Shown: positions 29,430-40,830 of the stretch, piece after piece | Layout of the letters: every line of letters begins with the position of its first letter | Position numbering within the stretch: position 1 is the first letter of the stretch | IMG/VR virus record: IMGVR_UViG_2574180019_000006 | Length of the DNA stretch: 64,000 nucleotides | Source: a virus | Lineage: Duplodnaviria; Heunggongvirae; Uroviricota; Caudoviricetes | Direction: 5' to 3' (one strand) | Position numbers and translations under genes: made by a program | The notes under the pieces: generated by a model | What the model was told of the DNA's origin: nothing | What the model saw: the letters and a program-made list of their open reading frames with translations, nothing else | The model's database searches: none

Positions 29430-29699
29430 CTACTCCATGCTTTTCAGACGATCAGCAGCTCGTTTCAGCTTGTCGTTCGGTGCCGGAGGATTGCTTATAG
29501 CGTCCATAACCAGATTCCAGGATTCTTCATTCAGAACTAGTCTACGGTGTTGCTCTATAACTTTCACGGCACGTTCAGATGCACTGCTAACCATAAACTG
29601 AGTAATGCTCTGGTTAGACATTGCGGCAGCTTCCTCGATGATGCTTTTATCGTCATCGGTTAATCTCAAATCGATGCGCTGCTTTTTTAGTGCTGACAT
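29430..29699 (-). CDS. DUF1778-type (RHH) antitoxin (TacA/KacA-like)
   Basis: About 90 aa from the ATG preceded by AGGAGG; sequence MSALKKQRIDLRLTDDDKSIIEEAAA is typical of DUF1778 antitoxins paired with GNAT toxins. Confidence 0.65.
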   Translation of the reverse strand: MSALKKQRIDLRLTDDDKSIIEEAAAMSNQSITQFMVSSASERAVKVIEQHRRLVLNEESWNLVMDAISNPPAPNDKLKRAADRLKSME

Positions 29700-30017
29700 G
29701 TATTCCTCCTGATGGCCGTGATGTAGGAAGGCCATCAATCTCCTCTGTTCAAACTGAGTTTTCGACTCAAAAATTACTTTAAAAGGCTATAGCCCATTAC
29801 GTGTGCATTATCAAATTGTGTACGGCATATCACCGTACTTGTAATATAGATGTCATTGTTACTTTTTTCAACAGACAAATACAAGCTATGTTTGCCAATT
29901 GTTAATCACAACCTACCATTTAACCTTTACACCGCAGCCGTAGGCATTTAGGCTATATCACATATAAGAAAACAAGTTGTTTCAGACGATAATTATATAC
30001 GCAAAGGGAACTCTCCA

Positions 30018-30686
30018 ATGACCAAGATCTTTGTGGTTGGCGGCACAAAGGGCGGGCCTGGCAAATCCACCGTTGCCCAGCAAATTGCCGTTTGCCTGAA
30101 AGTCAAAAAGAAGAAGAAGGTTTATATTACCGATATAGATATTCAGCGCACGACAACGAGCTGGTGTGAAGACCGTCGACAGAACGAAGACCTTGAGCTG
30201 ATTCCTTTTGCATACGTTCAGGATGACATCATTAAGCATCTAAAATCGCTTCAGGGTAGAGCTGAGTTTGTAGTGGTAGATGCTGGTGGCTTCGACTCCG
30301 AAATTCAGCGACAAGCGATGCTGATGGCTGACGTTATCATTATCCCGCTGCGTCCTAAGCGTCGTGATTTGAAATCTTTACGTGACATCGATCCTATTAT
30401 CGACAATGTTCGCAATGTAAACGATAAAGTGAAGGTCCGCGCGGTCATGAACCAGTGCCCGGCTTTGCCATCACAAGTGTCTCGCATTCTGGCGGCTAAA
30501 GAGATTGTTGAGACGTTTGGAATCGAGTCTGCGCCAGTCAATCTATATAACCGCAACGTCTATGATGATGCGGAAGAGTCTGGTCGTTCTATCTTTGAAA
30601 TGACCGGTAGCGAGCGCGACAAAAAGGCGGAAGCCGAGTTTGAAGAATTTGTAGATTATCTGTTGAGTCTGGAGGAAGAAGAATAA
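30018..30686 (+). CDS. parA: ParA-family partition ATPase
   Basis: Deviant Walker A motif GGTKGGPGKST near the N-terminus; 222 aa; followed by a small basic protein. Confidence 0.8.
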   Translation: MTKIFVVGGTKGGPGKSTVAQQIAVCLKVKKKKKVYITDIDIQRTTTSWCEDRRQNEDLELIPFAYVQDDIIKHLKSLQGRAEFVVVDAGGFDSEIQRQAMLMADVIIIPLRPKRRDLKSLRDIDPIIDNVRNVNDKVKVRAVMNQCPALPSQVSRILAAKEIVETFGIESAPVNLYNRNVYDDAEESGRSIFEMTGSERDKKAEAEFEEFVDYLLSLEEEE

Positions 30687-31045
30687 TGTCCATGAAAATG
30701 GGTGACCTAGCAAAGCGCAAAGAGCCTGATGCACCGGCTAAGAACACAACTCCTTTGCGCCAACCAGTCAGACCACAGGGACGCCCGACTCGTGGCAAAG
30801 AGAAAATTAAAAGCCGCACAATGTCACTGGAGGACGAATACTTCGAACTGCTGGAGATGATGAAGTTCATCCCTCGCTTCGAGAAGTTCACTCGTTCTGA
30901 CGTGATTCGAGCAGCCATTTTCCATCTGGCAGAGAAGTCACCGCAGGAAATCGAGGACATCGTGAAATTGAATGAGGCGATCACCGCTGCCGATGTCACG
31001 ATGCGTACCGATGAAATCAAACGAGAGTTGATGAAGAAAGGTTAA
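30686..31045 (+). CDS. Partition protein (ParB/ParG-like centromere-binding protein)
   Basis: 119 aa, basic N-terminus, start overlaps the parA stop; typical small partner of a short ParA. Confidence 0.5.
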   Translation: MSMKMGDLAKRKEPDAPAKNTTPLRQPVRPQGRPTRGKEKIKSRTMSLEDEYFELLEMMKFIPRFEKFTRSDVIRAAIFHLAEKSPQEIEDIVKLNEAITAADVTMRTDEIKRELMKKG

Positions 31046-31050
31046 AAATC

Positions 31051-31081
31051 ATGCATTGGCGCGTACATTGCGCCAATGCAT
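31051..31081 (+). promoter_or_regulatory. Perfect 31-bp palindrome downstream of the partition operon
   Basis: ATGCATTGGCGC-GTACAT-TGCGCCAATGCAT; candidate terminator hairpin or protein-binding site. Confidence 0.35.
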
Positions 31082-31361
31082 AACTACAGTGTCAGCTTTA
31101 TGCCGCGCTAACACTATGTTCAGTCCTAACCACCCCAACCTTCACAAAAGGGCTACCGTAGCTTGGTGGCTTCTTCCTAGATTCTACGTCAGTACTTCAA
31201 AAAGCATAATCAAAGCCTTGATAAATATGCATTCCTTCGAAATTCAGCTTTCACCCATTGGGTGAAAGAAAAGTGCTCAAAAATATGTTAAATTATCAGC
31301 TTTTATGACTCGATATATGGTAAAATAATAGTAAGAAAAGTAGTAAAAAGGGGTTCTAATT

Positions 31362-32624
31362 ATGATTAATAAAATTGATTTCAAAGCTAAGAATCTAACA
31401 TCAAATGCAGGTCTTTTTCTGCTCCTTGAGAATGCAAAAAGCAATGGGATTTTTGATTTTATTGAAAATGACCTCGTATTTGATAATGACTCAACAAATA
31501 AAATCAAGATGAATCATATAAAGACCATGCTCTGCGGTCACTTCATTGGCATTGATAAGTTAGAACGTCTAAAGCTACTTCAAAATGATCCCCTCGTCAA
31601 CGAGTTTGATATTTCCGTAAAAGAACCTGAAACAGTGTCACGGTTTCTAGGAAACTTCAACTTCAAGACAACCCAAATGTTTAGAGACATTAATTTTAAA
31701 GTCTTTAAAAAACTGCTCACTAAAAGTAAATTGACATCCATTACGATTGATATTGATAGTAGTGTAATTAACGTAGAAGGTCATCAAGAAGGTGCGTCAA
31801 AAGGATATAATCCTAAGAAACTGGGAAACCGATGCTACAATATCCAATTTGCATTTTGCGACGAATTAAAAGCATATGTTACCGGATTTGTAAGAAGTGG
31901 CAATACTTACACTGCAAACGGTGCTGCGGAAATGATCAAAGAAATTGTTGCTAACATCAAATCAGACGATTTAGAAATTTTATTTCGAATGGATAGTGGC
32001 TACTTTGATGAAAAAATTATCGAAACGATAGAATCTCTTGGATGCAAATATTTAATTAAAGCCAAAAGTTATTCTACACTCACCTCACAAGCAACGAATT
32101 CATCAATTGTATTCGTTAAAGGAGAAGAAGGTAGAGAAACTACAGAACTGTATACAAAATTAGTTAAATGGGAAAAAGACAGAAGATTTGTCGTATCTCG
32201 CGTACTGAAACCAGAAAAAGAAAGAGCACAATTATCACTTTTAGAAGGTTCCGAATACGACTACTTTTTCTTTGTAACAAATACTACCTTGCTTTCTGAA
32301 AAAGTAGTTATATACTATGAAAAGCGTGGTAATGCTGAAAACTATATCAAAGAAGCCAAATACGACATGGCGGTGGGTCATCTCTTGCTAAAGTCATTTT
32401 GGGCGAATGAAGCCGTGTTTCAAATGATGATGCTTTCATATAACCTATTTTTGTTGTTCAAGTTTGATTCCTTGGACTCTTCAGAATACAGACAGCAAAT
32501 AAAGACCTTTCGTTTGAAGTATGTATTTCTTGCAGCAAAAATAATCAAAACCGCAAGATATGTAATCATGAAGTTGTCGGAAAACTATCCGTACAAGGGA
32601 GTGTATGAAAAATGTCTGGTATAA
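31362..32624 (+). CDS. tnpA: ISEcp1 transposase
   Basis: 420-aa ORF between the ISEcp1 inverted repeats; AT-rich codon usage unlike the backbone. Confidence 0.9.
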   Translation: MINKIDFKAKNLTSNAGLFLLLENAKSNGIFDFIENDLVFDNDSTNKIKMNHIKTMLCGHFIGIDKLERLKLLQNDPLVNEFDISVKEPETVSRFLGNFNFKTTQMFRDINFKVFKKLLTKSKLTSITIDIDSSVINVEGHQEGASKGYNPKKLGNRCYNIQFAFCDELKAYVTGFVRSGNTYTANGAAEMIKEIVANIKSDDLEILFRMDSGYFDEKIIETIESLGCKYLIKAKSYSTLTSQATNSSIVFVKGEEGRETTELYTKLVKWEKDRRFVVSRVLKPEKERAQLSLLEGSEYDYFFFVTNTTLLSEKVVIYYEKRGNAENYIKEAKYDMAVGHLLLKSFWANEAVFQMMMLSYNLFLLFKFDSLDSSEYRQQIKTFRLKYVFLAAKIIKTARYVIMKLSENYPYKGVYEKCLV

Positions 32625-32727
32625 TAAGAATATCATCAATAAAATTGAGTGTTGCTCTGTGGATAACTTGCAGAGTTTATTAAGTATCATTGCAGCAAAG
32701 ATGAAATCAATGATTTATCAAAAATGA

Positions 32728-32757
32728 TTGAAAGGTGGTTGTAAATAATGTTACAAT
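32728..32757 (+). promoter_or_regulatory. ISEcp1 outward promoter driving blaCTX-M
   Basis: TTGAAA (32728..32733), 18-bp spacer, TACAAT (32752..32757) near the right end of ISEcp1, upstream of the 48-bp spacer and the bla start. Confidence 0.6.
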
Positions 32758-32810
32758 GTGTGAGAAGCAGTCTAAATTCTTCGTGAAATAGTGATTTTTG
32801 AAGCTAATAA

Positions 32811-33755
<945 letters not shown>

Positions 33756-33801
33756 TAGCGGAAACGGAATGGGGAAACTCATTCCGTTTTTGTTTATCGC
33801 C

Positions 33802-34134
33802 TTAGACGGCAAAAGTGCTGTCGCCCACCTGCGCTTGCGCATACCAGGCCATAAGCTCCGTGGTTCCTGGTTCTCCTTCCGCTGGAGCCCAGTGCGCATA
33901 GTCATCGGCAGCCACGGGTTGATAGCCACCGTGTTTTACTTCAAAAATTATGCCACCGGTATCCAGCGACAGCACGGCATGCCAGGTTCCTGCGGCCATC
34001 TCCAGCACCGTACAGGTTTCCCCCAATATCGCCCGATGGGTGACGGTACCCCGATCGTCAAAATTCAGCACCACGAAACGACCCCTTAATGGCAACAGTA
34101 GCTCGAAGGTGTGAGGGTGTCGGTGCGGGCGCAC
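33802..34134 (-). pseudogene. Truncated orf477 (WbuC-family cupin) remnant
   Basis: 110-aa minus-strand ORF immediately downstream of blaCTX-M, cut by the end of the transposition unit; standard companion of blaCTX-M-15. Confidence 0.6.
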
Positions 34135-34557
34135 GTAGGTCCCAGGTCATATTCCTTCCGGCGTCCGGCATTTTACCGCCAGACAGCTCGGGATTCGTGA
34201 TATCACCGTTCTTGCAGAATACGGTTAGTATTTAGCCTTATCCAATGATCTCGCGTATACCGATAAATCGTCCATTATTGCATCTCTTTGCTACTGACTA
34301 ATGCGTTCTATTTTACACATAAGTTTTTAATCAATTTAACAGGCTCAAAGTGTAGAGCTTCTGGGCGTCTAAGACGACAAGTTATGCCTGTTTCTGTATA
34401 TATAAATAATAAGTAACTTATTAAATATATACGGAAGCAGGTCTTTTAAAAGACACCACCAGAACAACTCCCTTCCGTTTCCACTTCCAAAAACTGCCAC
34501 CAGTCGCTATCATCCGCTCATTGTGATAAGTAAGTAACTACCTACCAGGTGAGCCAC

Positions 34558-35298
34558 ATGAGCCAAATCTTTTTCGATACCATCGACAACGACCAGTACG
34601 ACTTCATGACAGAGTGGAATACCGCTGTTATGGACAAGTGGGTCGCTGAAAACATTGGTTTGTCGCGCTGTAAAGACGAGGCTGAACTCTTCGAGACGAA
34701 GTGGTTTGATTACCGCGACATGCATCCTCTCATGGCCACCTGTCTTTTTACGGAGGCATACAAACGTCAGTACTCAAATATCATGCTGACGCACGGTCGC
34801 GAACACTTTGAAACAGCTCCGTTCACCACCGGGTTAAAACGCCTGCCTTATCAGGAGTTGTCGACTGCCAATAAAACGTCGCTATGGAAAGCACGCCAGT
34901 TTGCGGATCGCTATTGCTGCTCATACGACTACTTTATCTCCACCGTTCTTTCCGCAGCTGCACGACGGCTGTGGGACAAGCTGCCGCGCCCACAGCATTT
35001 GTGGCAGCCAGAACTGATTGAGATATTTGAAGAGAAATTAGCCAGACGCGCAACAACCCGTCTGGATGACTCTCTGGTTAGCTTTAAGCATATGGGAGAC
35101 ATGCAGTTCAACCCGATTCAGGAAAGCTATTTTGAGTGGATTCTGGAGCGTTTGCGCACCATCCCTCGCAGCAAGCGCATACGCGCAATTTTCTCCGCTA
35201 TCTGGCTAATGGAAATCGTTCCAGAGCGCCTTATTTCCGCCCACTTTCCAGAAGAACTGGAAGAAGCACGGCGGTTTATTGATCCCCTATCTAATTAA
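34558..35298 (+). CDS. Hypothetical protein (first gene of replication block)
   Basis: ATG 34558 preceded by AGGTGAG; ORF track start 34549 is a GTG. Confidence 0.4.
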   Translation: MSQIFFDTIDNDQYDFMTEWNTAVMDKWVAENIGLSRCKDEAELFETKWFDYRDMHPLMATCLFTEAYKRQYSNIMLTHGREHFETAPFTTGLKRLPYQELSTANKTSLWKARQFADRYCCSYDYFISTVLSAAARRLWDKLPRPQHLWQPELIEIFEEKLARRATTRLDDSLVSFKHMGDMQFNPIQESYFEWILERLRTIPRSKRIRAIFSAIWLMEIVPERLISAHFPEELEEARRFIDPLSN

Positions 35299-35341
35299 CT
35301 AATACTAGAAAACAATTTGTTTAAAAAACAAAGGAAAGCAC

Positions 35342-36682
35342 ATGACCGAACTTTGCCATACAGGACGCGGGCTGTCCGAAGAGTTTGATGAAGATTTCCA
35401 GAACAGACTGACGGCATATTTTTGTCGTGATCACGAGTTTCTTACTCGTGCGGGAGATCTGGTTGTGCCTAGCCAGTTTGCCAATGCGGCCAATGCCATA
35501 TTGGTTAATATGGTTTCGGGCTATTACCGTATGTACAAGAGCGCGCCCTCTTCATCTGCAATTCTGGATATGCTTAAGCGTGCGAAACGCGATAAGACTA
35601 TCCGTGAGGAACTATTCGCCGATGTTGTTGCTGCGTTTAAGCGCATTCTTGCAGAAAAATTGTCTGATACCTCGTACATGGTTGACCAGGTATCCACATT
35701 CGCAAAAAGTGTAGCGTTTGATGATGCTCTGATTAAAGCTGCTGAACTGAAAGAGAAGGGCGACTTTCAGGGGGCGATGGCAATCATGGCCAAGGTTCAG
35801 CAGATAGGCTCGAACGAAGCGACCGGAATCTATGACTACTACACCTCCGCAAGTGAGCGATTGAAAGCGCGTGAATATGAGGCTTCAGAGGAGTATGTAC
35901 CAAACAGTATTACAACTGGACTCCCTCTTCTCGATAGGTTGCTGTACCAAAAAGGCTGGGCAAAGCGCGAAATGGTGCTCTTCATGGGGTTCGCTAAATC
36001 CGGTAAATCGACCGCAATGGGTGAGTTTTCCATAAACGCAACGCTTGCTGGCTACAATGTTCTGTATCTCTCGCTGGAGGTTCACACCACCATTTTATCC
36101 GACCGTTTTGATGCAAGATTGTCGGAGACAGAAATGTCCAAGCTGGTGGAACGGCGCGATGAGGTTCATCGTAAGTTGGCAGAGTTGGGAGCCACGAAGG
36201 GGATTGGTAGTTTGTGGGTGGTTGAGCGTCCGTCAGGAAGTATGTCACCGGCAGATCTGGACCGTATGCTTAACAGCATGAAAGCCAACGGCATGGTACC
36301 TGACATGGTTGTTGTCGACTACGCAGATTTGATGCGTGCCAGTTATGACCTTCGTGATGATCGCGCCAACATTCGTAGTATCTACACCGATTTACGTGCT
36401 CTTTATGACAAGCATAACGTTGCTGGGATCACGGCATCGCAGACAAACCGTGAAGGTGGCGCGTCAGAAGTTGCCACAATGATGCACGCTGCCGACAACA
36501 TCGAAAAAGTACGTATTGCTGACCTGGTAATAACGATCAACAAAACCGAAGAAGAAGAAGCGAAAGGAGAGGCTCGTCTCTACTTTGCCGGTTCACGTAA
36601 CCAGCAGGGAGGGATCAGCATTCGCGTTAAACAAAACCTCGAACAAATGCGCTTCATTGAGCGAATCTTAGACGTTACCTAA
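35342..36682 (+). CDS. DnaB-like replicative helicase
   Basis: Walker A GFAKSGKST and RecA-like core (VVVDYADLM ... ITASQTNREG) in the C-terminal half; 446 aa. Confidence 0.65.
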   Translation: MTELCHTGRGLSEEFDEDFQNRLTAYFCRDHEFLTRAGDLVVPSQFANAANAILVNMVSGYYRMYKSAPSSSAILDMLKRAKRDKTIREELFADVVAAFKRILAEKLSDTSYMVDQVSTFAKSVAFDDALIKAAELKEKGDFQGAMAIMAKVQQIGSNEATGIYDYYTSASERLKAREYEASEEYVPNSITTGLPLLDRLLYQKGWAKREMVLFMGFAKSGKSTAMGEFSINATLAGYNVLYLSLEVHTTILSDRFDARLSETEMSKLVERRDEVHRKLAELGATKGIGSLWVVERPSGSMSPADLDRMLNSMKANGMVPDMVVVDYADLMRASYDLRDDRANIRSIYTDLRALYDKHNVAGITASQTNREGGASEVATMMHAADNIEKVRIADLVITINKTEEEEAKGEARLYFAGSRNQQGGISIRVKQNLEQMRFIERILDVT

Positions 36683-36763
36683 AAAATAAGCGTGGAGAAC
36701 ACCTCCACGCTTGATTCATTGGTGAAACAACTTTTCTTTTGCCAAACCACAAAAGAAAAACAC

Positions 36764-37942
36764 ATGAGCCTTTATGTTATATCAACATTTAGGTTGGTCA
36801 CAATATTGCCTGTTAAAAGTGGAATTATCGTGAGCGAGCTGAAAGAGCTAATTACCGAATTAGATTTTGAACAATGGTTGGATACTGAAGGTATCGTTTA
36901 TCGACGTGGAGGCGTGAGTACTCGCGGTCGTGAAGTGAATATCAAGGAGTGTCCGGTATGTGGCAGCTCCAACTGGAAGGTATATTTCAATCTGACCAGT
37001 GGCGTCGGTAAATGCTTCGCTGGTGATCATCCCGAAGAGATTCAGTTCAATAAGCTGGTCTTCCTCAAGCACTACAGCGGCAAATCACGACGACAGTTCG
37101 AGGAATATGTGCAGAACGCCCTTCTTTCCCAGGGGTGGGCACCAAAGAAAGAAGAGCTAGTGCTTGCAAGCACAGTCGAGTTAGAGGGGCCAGTTGCACT
37201 CCCTCGTCATTACGAGCTTCCTATAGATGGTCGTCTTCCAGACTATCTGGTTGAACGAAACATATCGCCTGAAATGGCAAAGTATTTTGACCTACGATAC
37301 TGCGTCGAAGGCAAGCACGCCTATGTAGATCCGTATACAGATCAGGTTAAAGGACAGATATTCGATATGCGAATACTGATACCGGTTTACGATCTGGATG
37401 GGGTAATGAAGACATTTCAGGGACGAGACATTACCGGTACAGCAGAACGCCGCTACCTCTTTCCTATGCAACTTCCAGCTTCAGGTAAGTTTCTCTACAA
37501 CGGCCATAATGCAGTCGGCAAACAGACTGTAGTTGTCTGTGAGGGGGCGTTCGATGTTATGGGGGTTAAACGAGCTATTTTTGACGAAGAAACATTACGT
37601 GATTACGTGGAACCAATAGGAACGTTCGGGATGCATCTATCTGGTAACACCACTCAGGATGCAGAAGATCAGTTAGGCGCGTTCCTGACGCTCAAGGCGC
37701 GTGGATTACGTAATGTGATCATGATGTGGGATAGTGAAAAGCAAGCTATACGCAACACGATGGCCGCAGCCAGGCGACTGACCAGTATTGGTCTTAATGT
37801 CAAAGTGGCGTGTTTGGGCGAGGAAGGACTCGACCCGGGCGATGCAACGCCAGAGCAAATCATCAAAGCCTATTATCGGGCAAAACCGTATACCAAGCAG
37901 TTGGAGTTACAAAGCAAGGTTTTGGGCATTAAGGCTCTATGA
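36764..37942 (+). CDS. DNA primase (zinc-ribbon plus TOPRIM-like)
   Basis: Zinc-binding motif CPVCGSSNW...CFAGDH followed by TOPRIM-like acidic motifs (VVCEGAFD, MWDSE); ATG 36764 carries the conserved leader AAAGAAAAACACATG, preferred over the upstream GTG at 36692. Confidence 0.6.
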   Translation: MSLYVISTFRLVTILPVKSGIIVSELKELITELDFEQWLDTEGIVYRRGGVSTRGREVNIKECPVCGSSNWKVYFNLTSGVGKCFAGDHPEEIQFNKLVFLKHYSGKSRRQFEEYVQNALLSQGWAPKKEELVLASTVELEGPVALPRHYELPIDGRLPDYLVERNISPEMAKYFDLRYCVEGKHAYVDPYTDQVKGQIFDMRILIPVYDLDGVMKTFQGRDITGTAERRYLFPMQLPASGKFLYNGHNAVGKQTVVVCEGAFDVMGVKRAIFDEETLRDYVEPIGTFGMHLSGNTTQDAEDQLGAFLTLKARGLRNVIMMWDSEKQAIRNTMAAARRLTSIGLNVKVACLGEEGLDPGDATPEQIIKAYYRAKPYTKQLELQSKVLGIKAL

Positions 37943-38020
37943 TAACTATCACCTTTAAAATAAGTAGATGATTACTTATCTTTCTGTGAGAATACTTTCA
38001 TCTGTTAGCTAGGAGTTGGT

Positions 38021-38797
38021 ATGAAAGACGAAATTCAGAAATTAGCCTGCGACATCATTGATAAAACTGGTTTAGAAATCAGCGAGAGCAATCGGCTAGA
38101 CATCATTGAAAAAGCCGTAAAAACAGCAATGGATCATATCGCCACTCGTTTGGTCGAGATCCCGCTACCGGGGCTACCTTATCTGAAGGTTAAGTTACAC
38201 GTATGGGGTGAACCTTCTTGTGCACGACGTTCTGCATTAGTTGTTTTTATTAGCAAAGAAAACCCGCTCAGTCTTAAAGTGCAGGTTGGAGCATGGCTTG
38301 ATGGCAGAGTGATCTACACAAATACCGTTTTTTGTCTTTCAAACGACGAAACTATTGAAGCGGCCATTCAAGAAGCAGTTCTAGCAATGCGCAGCAGCGG
38401 TTTGATGAAGAATAACTACGAAGAGTACTTGCGTTCGATAAGTGGTGAAAAGACATTATCTCTGAAAGCAGATTTCGTTACCCCGAAAAATCTGTTGGAA
38501 GTCTTGCTTAATAAAGGGGCTAATGATGCCGTAAATGTAATCAGAGAGAGTGAGTATGCGTCTCTTTGCGACATGTGCAAAAGCCAGTTGGATCTGGTGC
38601 ATATCGTTATTGATGCTGGGAAGGCATGTGATGGCGTAATGGCGGAGTTTGCTGGGAAGATGGTCAGGATTGCTAATGAATTACCGATGATAGAGCAAGA
38701 GGCTAAATCATACGCCACCAATCATGTCACAGAGCTTCTTGTCCCCTATCGCTTAGAAAGCGATCAGCGCAAGATGATTAGCTGGGGAAGTTGGTAA
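38021..38797 (+). CDS. Hypothetical protein
   Basis: 258-aa ORF with AGGAG RBS. Confidence 0.4.
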   Translation: MKDEIQKLACDIIDKTGLEISESNRLDIIEKAVKTAMDHIATRLVEIPLPGLPYLKVKLHVWGEPSCARRSALVVFISKENPLSLKVQVGAWLDGRVIYTNTVFCLSNDETIEAAIQEAVLAMRSSGLMKNNYEEYLRSISGEKTLSLKADFVTPKNLLEVLLNKGANDAVNVIRESEYASLCDMCKSQLDLVHIVIDAGKACDGVMAEFAGKMVRIANELPMIEQEAKSYATNHVTELLVPYRLESDQRKMISWGSW

Positions 38798-38852
38798 GCT
38801 CTCAGTGTGTCGTTTTTTACGCAAATAATGATAGGTAAGCACAAGATTATTT

Positions 38853-39335
38853 TTGGCGGTAATTGTGAAAGCTGATTTGTCAAAAATCCCCTCTATTTCA
38901 GGAAATAATGGTTATTCACTTCGTTGTGAGGAAGTAAAGATAAACGGTGAGTCGGCATATTGCAGCTACTCCGTTTGCCAGCACACCATTCTTGCCTTCA
39001 AAGAAAACCGTCTTCCTCGAACTTCATTCCAGTCGTGCGCAACCGCTATCAAAGCAGGCAAATGCAAGGCGTTAAAAATGATGGTTGAAGAGATTCGTAA
39101 AGGAGAATCTCTGTATTTCGAAGATATGACCGCGCTCATTAAGGAGGTTGAAGAACGGAATAAACAAGCCAGAACTTTAAAACGAAAACGTGACAGTGTA
39201 ACGATTAATAGCATGGTTAAGAAGAGCACCACATCACAAACAGCGATCACTGACGTGTATGCGGCGTTGCTTGAAGAAACAACAAAAGAAACACATGGGC
39301 AAATCGATCAACATATGGAGGTAAAACAACAATGA
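38853..39335 (+). CDS. Hypothetical protein
   Basis: 160-aa ORF with TTG start in the ORF track; true start uncertain. Confidence 0.3.
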   Translation: MAVIVKADLSKIPSISGNNGYSLRCEEVKINGESAYCSYSVCQHTILAFKENRLPRTSFQSCATAIKAGKCKALKMMVEEIRKGESLYFEDMTALIKEVEERNKQARTLKRKRDSVTINSMVKKSTTSQTAITDVYAALLEETTKETHGQIDQHMEVKQQ

Positions 39336-40654
39336 AAAAGTTGATCGCACTTAAACATAAGCTGGACGAAATGAAAGCTATGGGAACCAATGCAAAAAAA
39401 GAGGCATTGGCCAACATGGATGACTTTGAACAAAGCATGGTTTCATTGATGCTCAACCCTTTCATCCGTTTTGGGGTAAAGAAATACAAAGTGGCAGAGC
39501 CGCTTAGTGAGTCCATCCCAAGTGACGAAAAAGCCATTGATGTACTGAATAAGCTGGCCTCTCGCGAGCTAACGGGGAACGCAGCAATAACAGCTGTTGA
39601 GTCTATCGTGGCGTCAATGTGCGCCGATGGGCAGGACGTGTTCCGTCGTTTCCTCTTAAAAGACCCGAAAGCAGGTGTTGGGATTAGCCTATGCAACAAG
39701 GTTTTTGAAAATCCCATTCCGAAATTCGAGGTGCAGCTGGCGTCACCGTATAAAGAAAAAGGCGACAAATACCCCTTCAAGCCAAATCCTAAAGCAAAAT
39801 GGCCGATGATTGGCAGTCTTAAGCTCGATGGTTTGCGAGTAATTTGCGAGGTTATTGTTGACGAGGAAGAGGTTAACTTCCTTTCTCGTACTGGTAATCC
39901 AATCACGTCTCTCGATCACCTAAAGCCAGCAATGCTCGAATTAGGCAAACTTTCAGGCCACAAACACATCTTCTTCGATGGTGAAGGAACTGCCGGTTCA
40001 TTTAACCAGTCCGTATCTGCATTGCGCAAAAAGAACGTGCAGGCAATTGGCGCTATTTATCATGTTTTCGACTTCTTCCTACCGGAATGGCGAGCACAGG
40101 CTAAATCCAAAGAGTATGCAAAGACAGGTATGAAGCTGAAAGAGCGCCTGGCTATTCTCGTGGCGTTGTTCAAAAACGATCGCAGTGAAGGCTACACACA
40201 AGACATTCACCTGCATCCGTTCTATATCATCCATAGCCACGAAGACTTCATCGAACGCTTCATGAAACGCCTGGACGATAACGAAGAAGGGGAGATGGGC
40301 AAAGATCCGAACTCTGTTTACGAGTTTAAACGTACCCGCAGCTGGTGGAAGTTAAAAGACGAAGATTCAGAAGATGGTGAAATTATCGACTTTGAGCCGG
40401 GCGACCCGGACTCTGGTTTTGCCAACACACTTGGAAAAATTGTTATTCGTCTTGAAAACGGCGTCATCGTTCGTGCGAGCGGCATTAAGCATAAATATCT
40501 GGATGAGATCTGGAACAACAAAGAGAAGTACCGTGGTCGTATTGTCGAGGTTCATTGTCACGAGAAAACACCGGACGGCAGCTTACGCCACCCACGACTG
40601 AAATGGCCGCGTTGCTTACGCGATACAGAAGATCGAATCGGAGATAAAGAATGA
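39332..40654 (+). CDS. ATP-dependent DNA ligase
   Basis: Adenylation motif I KLDGLRV (lysine nucleophile) plus downstream nucleotidyltransferase motifs (FDGE, EGEMGK-like); 440 aa. Confidence 0.7.
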   Translation: MKKLIALKHKLDEMKAMGTNAKKEALANMDDFEQSMVSLMLNPFIRFGVKKYKVAEPLSESIPSDEKAIDVLNKLASRELTGNAAITAVESIVASMCADGQDVFRRFLLKDPKAGVGISLCNKVFENPIPKFEVQLASPYKEKGDKYPFKPNPKAKWPMIGSLKLDGLRVICEVIVDEEEVNFLSRTGNPITSLDHLKPAMLELGKLSGHKHIFFDGEGTAGSFNQSVSALRKKNVQAIGAIYHVFDFFLPEWRAQAKSKEYAKTGMKLKERLAILVALFKNDRSEGYTQDIHLHPFYIIHSHEDFIERFMKRLDDNEEGEMGKDPNSVYEFKRTRSWWKLKDEDSEDGEIIDFEPGDPDSGFANTLGKIVIRLENGVIVRASGIKHKYLDEIWNNKEKYRGRIVEVHCHEKTPDGSLRHPRLKWPRCLRDTEDRIGDKE

Positions 40655-40830
40655 TGCTCGGCTGGATGATTGCATTTTTAGCAGTTGGTTTTTTCATAGG
40701 TATTGTGGTGATGTCCAGTTGCATCAATGACTACATTAAAAGCGGTGTTATAGAAAGACGCGGTCGTATTTATCGCATTGTAGAAATAACCAACACCCTG
40801 AAGGAGATTAAGGATGATCGTATTAAGTAA
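40651..40830 (+). CDS. Small membrane protein (59 aa), paralog A
   Basis: Not in the ORF track (below size cut-off); translated by hand: MMLGWMIAFLAVGFFIGIVVMSSC...GRIYRIVEITN; start overlaps ligase stop (ATGA). Confidence 0.35.
   Translation: MMLGWMIAFLAVGFFIGIVVMSSCINDYIKSGVIERRGRIYRIVEITNTLKEIKDDRIK

Noticed and set aside
31056-31265. 69-aa ORF spanning the partition-operon palindrome and the ISEcp1 left end
   Set aside because: It crosses the insertion-sequence boundary, so it could not pre-exist the insertion, and it has no RBS; likely spurious.
34147-34151. TCATA immediately after the 2,971-bp point as a possible target-site duplication
   Set aside because: It does not match the left flank (TTCTT). 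The matching TTCTT is found 62 bp further on (34209..34213), so the extended 3,033-bp unit is the better-supported boundary; TCATA may be a relic of a previous insertion context.
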